The position numbers and the translations under genes are program-made. Shown piece after piece: positions 50,741-59,634 of a DNA stretch of 64,000 nt (positions within the stretch are counted from its first letter, which is position 1; every line of letters begins with the position of its first letter). A model generated the notes under the pieces. The model had not been told where the DNA came from. It did not search any database and was given only the letters and a program-made list of their open reading frames with translations. The stretch comes from Macrostomum hystrix (Eukaryota; Animalia; Platyhelminthes). Where the stretch lies: contig CATNEN010000005.1 of assembly GCA_950097015.1 (NCBI GenBank), positions 930,001 through 994,000 of the forward strand, read 5' to 3'.

Positions 50741-51922
50741 ATGAAGCGAAAAAATGCGCACCAAATATCTGAATTGGAGAAGCTAGCACAAGCAGAAAAG
50801 AGAGTTACCGGGCTAATCAATAAGGAGCAACAATCCTACAATGAGTTTGTCCAAGCAGCCACAGAGTTTCATAAACCCGGGTATGGAGAAGCTAAGAAAA
50901 ATATTGATCAAGTCAAAGAAACTATTGACGACATACAGGAAACCCAGGTGCAAAAGGCTTTGGACAAAATTCCAGAAGCACCGCAGATACATCAATCTGC
51001 AGATCCGCAAGTCCAAGTCCCACAACAGTCACAACTAAAAGTGACAGATAACTTTTTTGGACCAGTAGAACGCGCAGAACATGATGGGAAATATGTATTT
51101 GGAATAAGTATGTGGAGAAAAAACATTTATAATGAACCAGTGGAATATTATATCGACATAAACAAGAACCATATTTCTGTTGTCAAAGGCTCAGAAACTA
51201 AGAGAATAATTTACACAGAAACCTTACTGAATTTTATGACTAAAAACCAAGAGAAAATTTCGGACAAGCAGCTAAAGAACTATAGAGATCTAGTGAGTTT
51301 TGCTCTTGCAAGAGATATAGAAATACTAAAGGTCCCACAAGTTCTGAAAATAATGCATGACAACGGTGTCATCCTGACTAGATTCAAAAAGTACAAGCAT
51401 TTTAAACAATGGTTTGGTTTGCCAGATCAAGAAGATGCCATAAAATATCTAGAACAGCAACCGCCACAGCAGCAACCGCCCCAGCAGCAACCGCCCCAGC
51501 AGCAACCGCCACAGCAGCAACAAACAATCAAACCCGAAGACATACTCAGTGCCCTTGAAAATGCAGATCCGACTCAAGTAGCTAAATATAAAAATGATCA
51601 CCCAGATGCCTGGCAACAACTAGAAAATTTCTCCCCAGCTCAAATGAATAAAATCAAAGCAAGAGTGTTCACACCACAACAAAGAGCAGTTGAGAGTTCA
51701 CCCCAGTCCTCCACCGACCAGTCCTCTGCCGACCAATCATTTCAAGGAAAAGGAATTTCTGACATCTATAAGCGAGTGGCTGTTCTTCTTGGAGCTGCAA
51801 AGACTGGCATGAAAGACGAAAATAGAAAAGAATTTGTCAACATCCTGGACAAAATGATGGAAAAGAAGTATATCGACAAACGGGCAAGAGAGCTTCTGCT
51901 TTCACGTTTTAACAAAAAATAA
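50741..51922 (+). CDS. 393-aa Polinton protein of unknown function, with a (QQQPP)4 insert and a helical C-terminal motif
   Basis: Long ORF with A-rich start. C-terminus GKGISDIYKRVAVLLGAAKTG..EFVNILDKMMEKKYI resembles the RL.LL....AGN..E...I.D.L motif recalled from Polinton accessory proteins. Confidence 0.8.
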   Translation: MKRKNAHQISELEKLAQAEKRVTGLINKEQQSYNEFVQAATEFHKPGYGEAKKNIDQVKETIDDIQETQVQKALDKIPEAPQIHQSADPQVQVPQQSQLKVTDNFFGPVERAEHDGKYVFGISMWRKNIYNEPVEYYIDINKNHISVVKGSETKRIIYTETLLNFMTKNQEKISDKQLKNYRDLVSFALARDIEILKVPQVLKIMHDNGVILTRFKKYKHFKQWFGLPDQEDAIKYLEQQPPQQQPPQQQPPQQQPPQQQQTIKPEDILSALENADPTQVAKYKNDHPDAWQQLENFSPAQMNKIKARVFTPQQRAVESSPQSSTDQSSADQSFQGKGISDIYKRVAVLLGAAKTGMKDENRKEFVNILDKMMEKKYIDKRARELLLSRFNKK

Positions 51923-51940
51923 TTTCTTCCCTAATAAAAA

Positions 51941-52351
51941 ATGCCGATTATTTTCGAAAAAGACGTGGACAAATACTATGACAAGGAGGAACTTAATCTA
52001 ATTAAGCGTGGATCTGGACTTTTCCCAGCAGGCCACTATCCTAGGAAAGAACGCTCAGGGAATGGTCTTGCTGACATGATTGCACAGGGTGCTCAGATCT
52101 TTAAAGTCATTAGTGAGAACAAAGATAATATTAAGAACGCGGCTGAATCAGTGGGAAGTGTTGTCACTGCGGCTAAAAAGATAAAGGATACTGTAACACA
52201 AGATATTCAGCCCCCATTGGCTCCGCTGGCTCCGCTGGCTCCGCTGGCTCCTCTGGCCCCAAACCCAGACACTGTGGACCCTGCAATCTATGAGAAGATG
52301 AGAGCCAGCATAGCTAGCATTAAAAAAGGAAGTGGTTTCAAATTTGACTAA
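51941..52351 (+). CDS. 136-aa putative virion core protein with GxG motifs
   Basis: TAAAAAATG start; KRGSGL, RSGNGL, KKGSGF motifs; (LAP)n tract from a 9-nt repeat. Confidence 0.7.
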   Translation: MPIIFEKDVDKYYDKEELNLIKRGSGLFPAGHYPRKERSGNGLADMIAQGAQIFKVISENKDNIKNAAESVGSVVTAAKKIKDTVTQDIQPPLAPLAPLAPLAPLAPNPDTVDPAIYEKMRASIASIKKGSGFKFD

Positions 52352-52393
52352 AGGGTGCTTTCCGAGGGTACAAGACATGTAAGGGTACAAGAC

Positions 52394-52530
52394 TAGTCCC
52401 AAAAAGACACATCTAAGTCCCAAAAAGACACATCTAAGTCCCAAATAGACACATCTAAGTCCCAAATAGACACATCTAAGTCCTAGACACATCTAAGTCC
52501 TAGACACATCTAAGTCCTAGACACATCTTA
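52394..52530. repeat. Intergenic 18-21-bp tandem repeat (AGACACATCTAAGTCC core), ~7 units
   Basis: Direct inspection. Confidence 0.85.
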
Positions 52531-52574
52531 TAAATGATTTACTCTTTTTTAATTTTTTTTTTCATCATAGAAAA

Positions 52575-53375
52575 ATGGACTTTTCAAACGACTTCAATCC
52601 TCACTGGACACGTAATCAGATTAAGTTTTCTCATCATGAGTCAATCCCGGGTCACTTCAGATGCATTGTTGTTGGTTCGTCAGGTTCAGGCAAAACATTC
52701 AGAGTCTTTAACATGCTTCTTAGACCTGGCTTCATCGACTATGACACTCTGCACATCTACTCTCCCACCCTGTATCAAGATGAGTATAAAATGTTGATCT
52801 CTGGACTGCAAAACAGACTGCACAAAGAGCACATTATTCAATGTTTTAATAACCAAAAGAGCCTTCCCAGTAACCCAGAAATTGTAGCTGCCGAATATGC
52901 AAAGTACATCAAAGACAATGAAAAATGGCAGAACATTAAAGTGTTCACATACGGAGATCCGCAGGTTGATCCTAAGACCAAACTTCTACCCCAACCAGAT
53001 GAGCTAGAAAAGGGGAGAAAACATTTGATTGTCTTTGATGATTGTATGACAGGCCCACAGAAGCAGATAGAAAACTATTTTACAAGAGGACGGCACAACA
53101 ATTGTAACGTGATTTACATTGCCCAGAACTGGTTCGAGCTCCCGAACAAAACAATTCGTGGGAACTGCAATCTGATCCTCCTGTTTCCAACAATTCCACA
53201 GGACAGGCTAAAAAGATTTTACAATGAGGTCATTGCGCCTGCCAATTTTGTAAATCCAACAAAAAACTCCAACAGAAAGATTTCACAGGAGGAATTCGTT
53301 AATCTTTGCTATGAAAAGTGGAATCAACCTTACCAGTTTGTGATGATCAACAAAGAAAAAAAAACTGTAATTTAA
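52575..53375 (+). CDS. Genome-packaging ATPase (FtsK/HerA, A32-like)
   Basis: Walker A GSSGSGKT, Walker B LIVFDD, FTRGRH..VIYIAQ..IR.N motifs. Confidence 0.95.
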   Translation: MDFSNDFNPHWTRNQIKFSHHESIPGHFRCIVVGSSGSGKTFRVFNMLLRPGFIDYDTLHIYSPTLYQDEYKMLISGLQNRLHKEHIIQCFNNQKSLPSNPEIVAAEYAKYIKDNEKWQNIKVFTYGDPQVDPKTKLLPQPDELEKGRKHLIVFDDCMTGPQKQIENYFTRGRHNNCNVIYIAQNWFELPNKTIRGNCNLILLFPTIPQDRLKRFYNEVIAPANFVNPTKNSNRKISQEEFVNLCYEKWNQPYQFVMINKEKKTVI

Positions 53376-53402
53376 ATTAATTTAAATTTTGTTATTAAAA
53401 AA

Positions 53403-54131
53403 ATGTCTATTAATTTTGCAGGTGAATCGTTGGATCGCGGAAGCACACTCACTAGTGCTCAAGTTTCTTACCTTGACAGGCGTTATATAAATGTTGACGA
53501 AAAAATTCCAGAAATCAAACTCAATAAAGATCGCTTGAAAGCCCTAGAGCGGGCAACACACCAACAACAAATAAACATGGAAGACCTGCGGTTGAGCGTA
53601 GCAAAGCGGAAGGAAGAGATTGACATACTATATGTACAGTTTGTTCATGATCGGGATACTCTTGTTGCAGCGATACCCACTCTGAGATCAGACATCGCCA
53701 CTCTAAGATCAGACATCGCCACTCTGAGAACTGCCGTTAATAATCGAGCAAACTTGGTGGAAGAAAGAGTAACAGAAAATTCAAATAAAGTTCGAAATTT
53801 AGAAGCCTTTATGCTAAGATCAAGCACTGTGCATGATAGATTGAGTTCGCGACTCACAGCAGCAGAGTCAGATATAACAACTCTTCAGAGACTAGCAAAT
53901 GAAACAAAGGAAACACTAAGAACCATGGGGCTAAACGTAACAAGACACACTGAGTATTTGAATAGGATATACAACGACTGGGGGAAAACGAAAAGAAGAC
54001 TCGGCCGACTAGAGAGACTGCACAATCTGCCGGACATTGACATTGAAGAAGCAAGAGTATCTGATGGACCATCAGAAGAGGCATCAAGGGAGGCGGCAAG
54101 GCGTGCAACAGATTTGCGAGAAAGGTCATAA
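53403..54131 (+). CDS. 242-aa coiled-coil protein of unknown function
   Basis: Heptad repeats (LRSDIAT LRSDIAT LRTAV, from a 21-nt DNA repeat); TAAAAAAATG start. Confidence 0.75.
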   Translation: MSINFAGESLDRGSTLTSAQVSYLDRRYINVDEKIPEIKLNKDRLKALERATHQQQINMEDLRLSVAKRKEEIDILYVQFVHDRDTLVAAIPTLRSDIATLRSDIATLRTAVNNRANLVEERVTENSNKVRNLEAFMLRSSTVHDRLSSRLTAAESDITTLQRLANETKETLRTMGLNVTRHTEYLNRIYNDWGKTKRRLGRLERLHNLPDIDIEEARVSDGPSEEASREAARRATDLRERS

Positions 54132-54164
54132 AAAATTTATATAATTTTTTTTCGTTCAAAAAAA

Positions 54165-54791
54165 ATGTCTGAAAAAATTAACTCTCTATATGAACCTAGT
54201 GCGCCTCCAAGCCAACCTAGTGCTCCTTACCAACCCCTTTACCCAACTTTCACTTGCAACTCGCAGCAATTCAGATTGGTGGAGATTCAAAAGATGCGAG
54301 CTGATATTGAACGGCAAATTGATCATAATACCAAGAAACTGAAGCGCTATAATAGAGAGTGCAAGGTCTTCGATTACCTTAATATGTTTCTTGGATCTGT
54401 ATCTGTTCTATCGGGATCAGCAGCTGCTGTTTCAACACTTCCTGTAATCACTGTACCAATCGCCATTCCACTCGGAGCTGCTGGTGCCACATGTGGTCTG
54501 ATTTCAGCAGTTACAGGAGCACTATCACGGAACAGACGACAAAAGCTAAAGCATCTACATGCGAAGCAAACAAATGAGAAATCAGTACAAAGCTCTATCA
54601 TCGGGTACATCTCAAAGGCGATTGAAGACAAGTTCATTTCAGAGGATGAGTTTAAAAACATTCAAGACCTCTATGAGCAACGAGTTAGGCTTAATCTAAA
54701 TACCATTGATGAAATGAGCCAGCTAAGAAATGATCTGGAGAATGTGTTCAAACAGCATGTGGCGAAAGCAGCGAAAATGAACAAGACCTAA
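54165..54791 (+). CDS. 208-aa putative membrane-active Polinton protein ('GasderminX'-like)
   Basis: FRL.EI...KRY..., a central small-residue hydrophobic hairpin (FLGSVSVLSGSAAAV..IPLGAAGATCGLISAV), and SKAIED..IS.DEF; this pattern is recalled from adintovirus membrane proteins. Confidence 0.7.
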   Translation: MSEKINSLYEPSAPPSQPSAPYQPLYPTFTCNSQQFRLVEIQKMRADIERQIDHNTKKLKRYNRECKVFDYLNMFLGSVSVLSGSAAAVSTLPVITVPIAIPLGAAGATCGLISAVTGALSRNRRQKLKHLHAKQTNEKSVQSSIIGYISKAIEDKFISEDEFKNIQDLYEQRVRLNLNTIDEMSQLRNDLENVFKQHVAKAAKMNKT

Positions 54792-54816
54792 CAGGACCTA
54801 ACGGGACCTAAAAAAA

Positions 54817-55227
54817 TTATTTTTTCAGCCCTAAAATGATTTCTTTGTAACTCTTTCGGGTGTGGGTCATTGCATACAAAACAGTCATACATAGCTCACC
54901 ACAAATATCACTGTTAATACCCTGGAGTATAAAATCTGAGCGGTATATTTTATGTCTCATTTTATGTCTCATATGAGTCATATAATTTCTCAGTTGTTCG
55001 GGTACAGCAGTTCCATAGCTATCAAAGTAATAGTACTTGTGTTTACGGTTCGGATCAATTACCCAACAAACCCAATGAGAACCTGGCTTTTCTGCAGGGT
55101 CAAAGTTCATGATTCCACATTCTTTTTCTAGTGGGGTTTCTGGCAGTGTATCCTTCATAAAGACGCCTCTGAAGTTTGGGATTTTTAATTGCTGAGCTAG
55201 CTCTTCTAAAAAAATATTGGTTGTCAT
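54817..55227 (-). CDS. Adenain-family cysteine maturation protease (136 aa)
   Basis: GSHW (His), FDSYG (Asp), LQ...SDICG (Gln/Cys), FRGVF; ATG at 55227 preceded by TAAAAAA. Confidence 0.93.
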   Translation of the reverse strand: MTTNIFLEELAQQLKIPNFRGVFMKDTLPETPLEKECGIMNFDPAEKPGSHWVCWVIDPNRKHKYYYFDSYGTAVPEQLRNYMTHMRHKMRHKIYRSDFILQGINSDICGELCMTVLYAMTHTRKSYKEIILGLKK

Positions 55228-55257
55228 TTTTTTACAAATTTTTTGTAACAAATTTTG

Positions 55258-58200
55258 TTACAAATTATTTAATCTATAGTGTCCAAATGGTAGGCTGTTA
55301 ATGTTGTCATCAAAGATATGTCGTTTGTTATCGGCACCTGAGAGGCCTATCTTCTTCTGTTGAATTGTGTGAATGTTGTGGTTCTTAGACTGCAGTTTCA
55401 TAAATTCATGAGTAGTACTTTTATTATTGATCAATGCGTCCTTGTATGAAGCTTCATGGAGATCGTTTTTAACAACATGTTTTGGGATTCCTTTTGATTT
55501 TTTAATGGTAGACTTACAACTTTTTACAAAATAGGACTTTGCCCTCAAACCGATAAACTCTGTAATGAGGGTGCCAGCCGTTTCATCCTTCATTTTTCCT
55601 ACAACTTTTTGATTTCCAGTGTCGCGTACTTGATCACCTTTCAAAGTCTTGAAGGACTCTGGATATTCGGATAGGTCATACAGATGTTTTTGATTCAACA
55701 TGTCCTGATAGACATCCTCAGTCTGTATGTTTAGAATTAGGGAGTCTGTGTCAGTATATAGAAGTTTCAGTTGTTCACCATATTGCCGCTTCATGTCATA
55801 GAAGAATTTATACATCAGACGCTTCGACTCATCGAGTACAGTCACACCTGTGAATATCGGCTTGCATAGGGTAACTTTAGTCTTATAGAACAGTATGGCA
55901 CCCAAGTAATCATTAAAGATATGAAGCTCTTTGAAAGTGGGCTTTGATAAACTTGTCTGAATAGTACCAGGCTCATAACAGGTAACGAGCTTCAGGTTCG
56001 TGCGGTTGCGTTCGTTTTCTAGGGTCTTGCCATAGACAGAGTTGTTTGCAAGCTTGAACAGGTCCTTGTCAAAGCTGTTTGTTGCTTTAGTTCTAAACTG
56101 GGTGTTTTTTTCTATGTATGGCTTCATCCACGCTTCTTCTGTGAATGCGAGAGCCCTGTGAACTTTCGTGACCCTACAGCCTAGGGAGATAAAATACCGC
56201 AACAGTTTGTAGTGGATTTTATAGCGTGTCTTGTTCATGAGATTTTGTGTTAACTTTTTCACACGCTCTTTTTCTTTTTCAGATAGCTGCCAGCTTCCAT
56301 CATTGTACTGGATTATCTTTGGACAGTTAATGTTCTCAGGGAAGGGGGCAAAGTCAGAGAAATCGTCGTGAAGTTCCCTTGGGATTTCAACATCAACTTC
56401 ATAGATCGCAGGTATTGAAAAGTCGAGTTTATAAGTATCTAGCCACCTAAAATCTCTAACAGGTAAATCTTGGCTCATAGCCCAACCATAGAGGTTGTTG
56501 GCATCCAGATAAATGATGTAGTTTGAAGGCTTTTCTTTATCATAGTCTTCTAGATACGGATTGTTCGCCTTTGCATGCCTATGGACACAAATTGAGATGC
56601 CCCCTCTCTTAGATGAATCTATAAAGTTGTACATGTCTATGTCTGTAAGCAGCTCGATGTACCAGTTGGGATTTTGATCCCATTTCATTTTAAGCAATGA
56701 TTCCCAACTGGTAGCAGGCAAAGACACATAATGAGCAGGGTCAAGACCATAAGCAGAGTACCAGGTCTTTCTAAAGGTTTCAAATACATCAGCTAGAAGA
56801 AAGACATCAGTCCAAAGGTAAAGCATGTGATAATCAAGAAAGTTTCGACAGTTAAAATGTTTGTAAACAGTCTGAGCATGCTCATAATCTTCATCAGAAA
56901 TCCCAGAGTTTGTTAGCTTTGAAAAGAACTTGTCCTTGGGTGGTAGTGGTTCTGCAAAGACGTGATTACATTCATAAGGGTAGACACCTTTCTTTCTAAG
57001 AAGCTTAAATGAATCTGGGGTTCTAGGATTGAGGGAATCTGCCAGCATCTTGGTATAAGTACATTGGTCATCGGTGAGATTTTTACTCAAAGCATCGAGA
57101 CTGGCGGCCAGAAACTGGAATGAATCTTTGATCTTAATCTTGCCTGAATCTCGCTTAATATCAATGCACTTGAACTTTTCTTTGTTCTCTGCGATGCAAT
57201 CTAGTTTAATGCCTGGTATCATACCCAGCTTCTCAACCAATAAGTGATAATCATATCCCCTTCCGTTATGGAAGAAAATGGTAAGGTCGCGGATGTTTTT
57301 CTGAAGTTTCAGATTACAGGTGTTATGAGCTGCCCCTCTAAATTTTCCTGTGAAGTGATCGTGGTCTCTGACTGTGTGGTTTTTGACGTCGCAGGGTGTT
57401 AATAGCTTTCGGCAAATGTGACAATGAGTTGCAGATCCGAAGTCGATTTCATCTTGATCGGACATAATTATTTGAACAGGCTGAATGGCAGCAACATTTT
57501 TCTGTAATTCCATCATCGAGTAAATGAATTGTTCAACACACTGGTCACCTAAGAAATAGTTTGAGCAAATAAAAGAGTCTCTTCCAATAAAGAGATACGC
57601 AACAGAATTTGGGACATGCTTATTGGTTTCAGGGTTTATAGTGCATTCAAAGTCAGCGTATACTATAAACGGGAGCTTCTCCATCTTGTGATAACTCTTA
57701 AATCTGAGATGCTTATCCGTTGGAAGTGTGCAGTTGGTTGGATGATCTTCACAGGTCAGTTCATGCTCTTTAAGTTTTTCATCACGATCGGGTCCACTAT
57801 AATGCTTCAGACAAAGACGGCAGATTGCTACCGATTCATGATGATTGTTCATTTGCTTGTGGAGGAGCCTGGAAAGATCTTTAATCCAAACGTAGTGGGC
57901 ATTTTCTCGCAAATCACCTATGATTAGAAGATCGACATCTATGCGACGCCTGCCTTCAGGATCTAGCGTGTTTTTACTGGCTCTGACTAACTGTACTTTT
58001 TCGCTCTTCTCATTCCATTCAAAGACTGTGATTCTGATTTTATTGTTAAATACTTCCTCTAGCTTTGGGATTTGATCGATTGCCAAGCCACCTCTATTGA
58101 AGGAAATTCCTTTAGCATGGCATTCTAAAAGTTTTGCGTCAAAATACATTTTATAATGAGAAGTTCTCTCTGGGTGGGCTCGATCTTTCTCATACAATAT

Positions 58201-59064
58201 TGCAGACCAAACTGCCCATAGTGCACAGCATTGGTCAGAATTTTGCACATTAATGCAAGCCTTTTTATCCGCTAACTTTTTCGGGAGCACAATATATGAT
58301 GAGGCTTTGAGAGGGTCATATTTCATGATCATTACCGTAGCTTTTTGAATGCCATTGACAACCCAACCTGATCCTCTGGAAGTAAAGGCGTCAATCTTTT
58401 TACTGATCTCTTGAAGAAATGGATCCTGTGTGTCAGTGGGAGTAAAGGGTAGAGCTTTAGTAGTCATGTAGTATTCAAGACGCTCAGTGGGTTTTGCAGG
58501 CATGTAAAATTCAATCTTGAATGATAACTGAAGCTTGAAGGTCTTACGTGACTTCAGTGTGTGATCAATTACTGATTGAATTCTGTCTTTGAAGTCGTAA
58601 ATGTCGGATTGGGAATTTGTGGTGTCTTCCTGGATTGTGTACTCAATATAATACTCTGTGAATTTTCTCTGTGCAAATTTAAGGTCTTCAGTTTGTAGCT
58701 CTACTTGTAGCTCTGCTTCAACCTGGTGGATTGTACGTTCTAGATCTTCTTGCTCTTGCTTATTCTGTGGGTATTTCAACACATTTTGACCTGTGAGTGT
58801 CTCATACTTATTGACTAAGCTGCGGCTCTTTTGTTGATGCTCAGCTGCAGGGTTCATCACGGGTGTGTACTGCTCTGAATGCAGAAGCTGATTAATAATT
58901 TCTTGCATCTTTGCATAGCTCCCGAGGTAGCCTGGATCTGTATTGAATTTCTGCCTGCAAAGCTCTTGCAAAACTTTACTTTTTTGTTGAAACGATTGAG
59001 CTTGAGGATAGTTATTTTGAAAGAAAGATTCGACAAATTTTTTTTCTGGAATTGCTTTAGGCAT
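55258..59064 (-). CDS. polB: Protein-primed family B DNA polymerase (1268 aa)
   Basis: Exo I YADFEC, Exo II FHNGRGYD, Exo III Y..TDV.LL; Pol motifs YLDANNLYGWAM, KLANNSVYGK, YTDTDS, KSKGI; uninterrupted. Confidence 0.98.
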   Translation of the reverse strand: MPKAIPEKKFVESFFQNNYPQAQSFQQKSKVLQELCRQKFNTDPGYLGSYAKMQEIINQLLHSEQYTPVMNPAAEHQQKSRSLVNKYETLTGQNVLKYPQNKQEQEDLERTIHQVEAELQVELQTEDLKFAQRKFTEYYIEYTIQEDTTNSQSDIYDFKDRIQSVIDHTLKSRKTFKLQLSFKIEFYMPAKPTERLEYYMTTKALPFTPTDTQDPFLQEISKKIDAFTSRGSGWVVNGIQKATVMIMKYDPLKASSYIVLPKKLADKKACINVQNSDQCCALWAVWSAILYEKDRAHPERTSHYKMYFDAKLLECHAKGISFNRGGLAIDQIPKLEEVFNNKIRITVFEWNEKSEKVQLVRASKNTLDPEGRRRIDVDLLIIGDLRENAHYVWIKDLSRLLHKQMNNHHESVAICRLCLKHYSGPDRDEKLKEHELTCEDHPTNCTLPTDKHLRFKSYHKMEKLPFIVYADFECTINPETNKHVPNSVAYLFIGRDSFICSNYFLGDQCVEQFIYSMMELQKNVAAIQPVQIIMSDQDEIDFGSATHCHICRKLLTPCDVKNHTVRDHDHFTGKFRGAAHNTCNLKLQKNIRDLTIFFHNGRGYDYHLLVEKLGMIPGIKLDCIAENKEKFKCIDIKRDSGKIKIKDSFQFLAASLDALSKNLTDDQCTYTKMLADSLNPRTPDSFKLLRKKGVYPYECNHVFAEPLPPKDKFFSKLTNSGISDEDYEHAQTVYKHFNCRNFLDYHMLYLWTDVFLLADVFETFRKTWYSAYGLDPAHYVSLPATSWESLLKMKWDQNPNWYIELLTDIDMYNFIDSSKRGGISICVHRHAKANNPYLEDYDKEKPSNYIIYLDANNLYGWAMSQDLPVRDFRWLDTYKLDFSIPAIYEVDVEIPRELHDDFSDFAPFPENINCPKIIQYNDGSWQLSEKEKERVKKLTQNLMNKTRYKIHYKLLRYFISLGCRVTKVHRALAFTEEAWMKPYIEKNTQFRTKATNSFDKDLFKLANNSVYGKTLENERNRTNLKLVTCYEPGTIQTSLSKPTFKELHIFNDYLGAILFYKTKVTLCKPIFTGVTVLDESKRLMYKFFYDMKRQYGEQLKLLYTDTDSLILNIQTEDVYQDMLNQKHLYDLSEYPESFKTLKGDQVRDTGNQKVVGKMKDETAGTLITEFIGLRAKSYFVKSCKSTIKKSKGIPKHVVKNDLHEASYKDALINNKSTTHEFMKLQSKNHNIHTIQQKKIGLSGADNKRHIFDDNINSLPFGHYRLNNL

Positions 59065-59188
59065 TTTTAATGAAAATTTTATAAAAAAATTTTAGGGTGG
59101 TCACCCTCAAGTGAAGTGTAAAGTATGGCAAACTACTACCAACAGTGCTAAATATAGTTATGAGAGCAGATTCTGTTCTGTTCTGTTT

Positions 59189-59617
59189 TCACATCCGGAG
59201 TATTGTAAATCCTGCTTTGTGCAGTGTCATGATGGCTTTAACGATTTCTGATTTGCTGACTGATTCATCAGCTGATTCATCAGATTCACAACTACCCCCG
59301 ATTCTGACTCCTTTTTCTCTAGCGATTTTCTCCATCTCTTGTTGATGTGCTCTGTCATTGCCAGCCTTCACAGCTGATGCAACTCCGCCGGCTACACCTC
59401 CTGCAGCACCAAGAGCACCTGCGATGATGGGGATAAGAGTTAGCAAAGGAAGAATCCCACCTGTCTTCTCATCAGTGATATTGTGCGTTTGATTGTTACA
59501 ATGGATCATTTGCTGGATTGGATCTACTTTGACTTTGACACCTTTAATTGATACAACTCCTGGCTTCTTAGAGTCGATAATTCTGCTGATTTTATTCACG
59601 GTTCTGGTTTCAATCAT
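59189..59617 (-). CDS. 142-aa adenovirus pX-like core protein
   Basis: KTGG-ILPLLTLIPIIAGALGAAGGVAG aligns by eye with human adenovirus pX MRGG-ILPLLIPLIAAAIGAVPGIAS. Confidence 0.78.
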   Translation of the reverse strand: MIETRTVNKISRIIDSKKPGVVSIKGVKVKVDPIQQMIHCNNQTHNITDEKTGGILPLLTLIPIIAGALGAAGGVAGGVASAVKAGNDRAHQQEMEKIAREKGVRIGGSCESDESADESVSKSEIVKAIMTLHKAGFTILRM

Positions 59618-59634
59618 TTTATTTAAAAAAAAAT

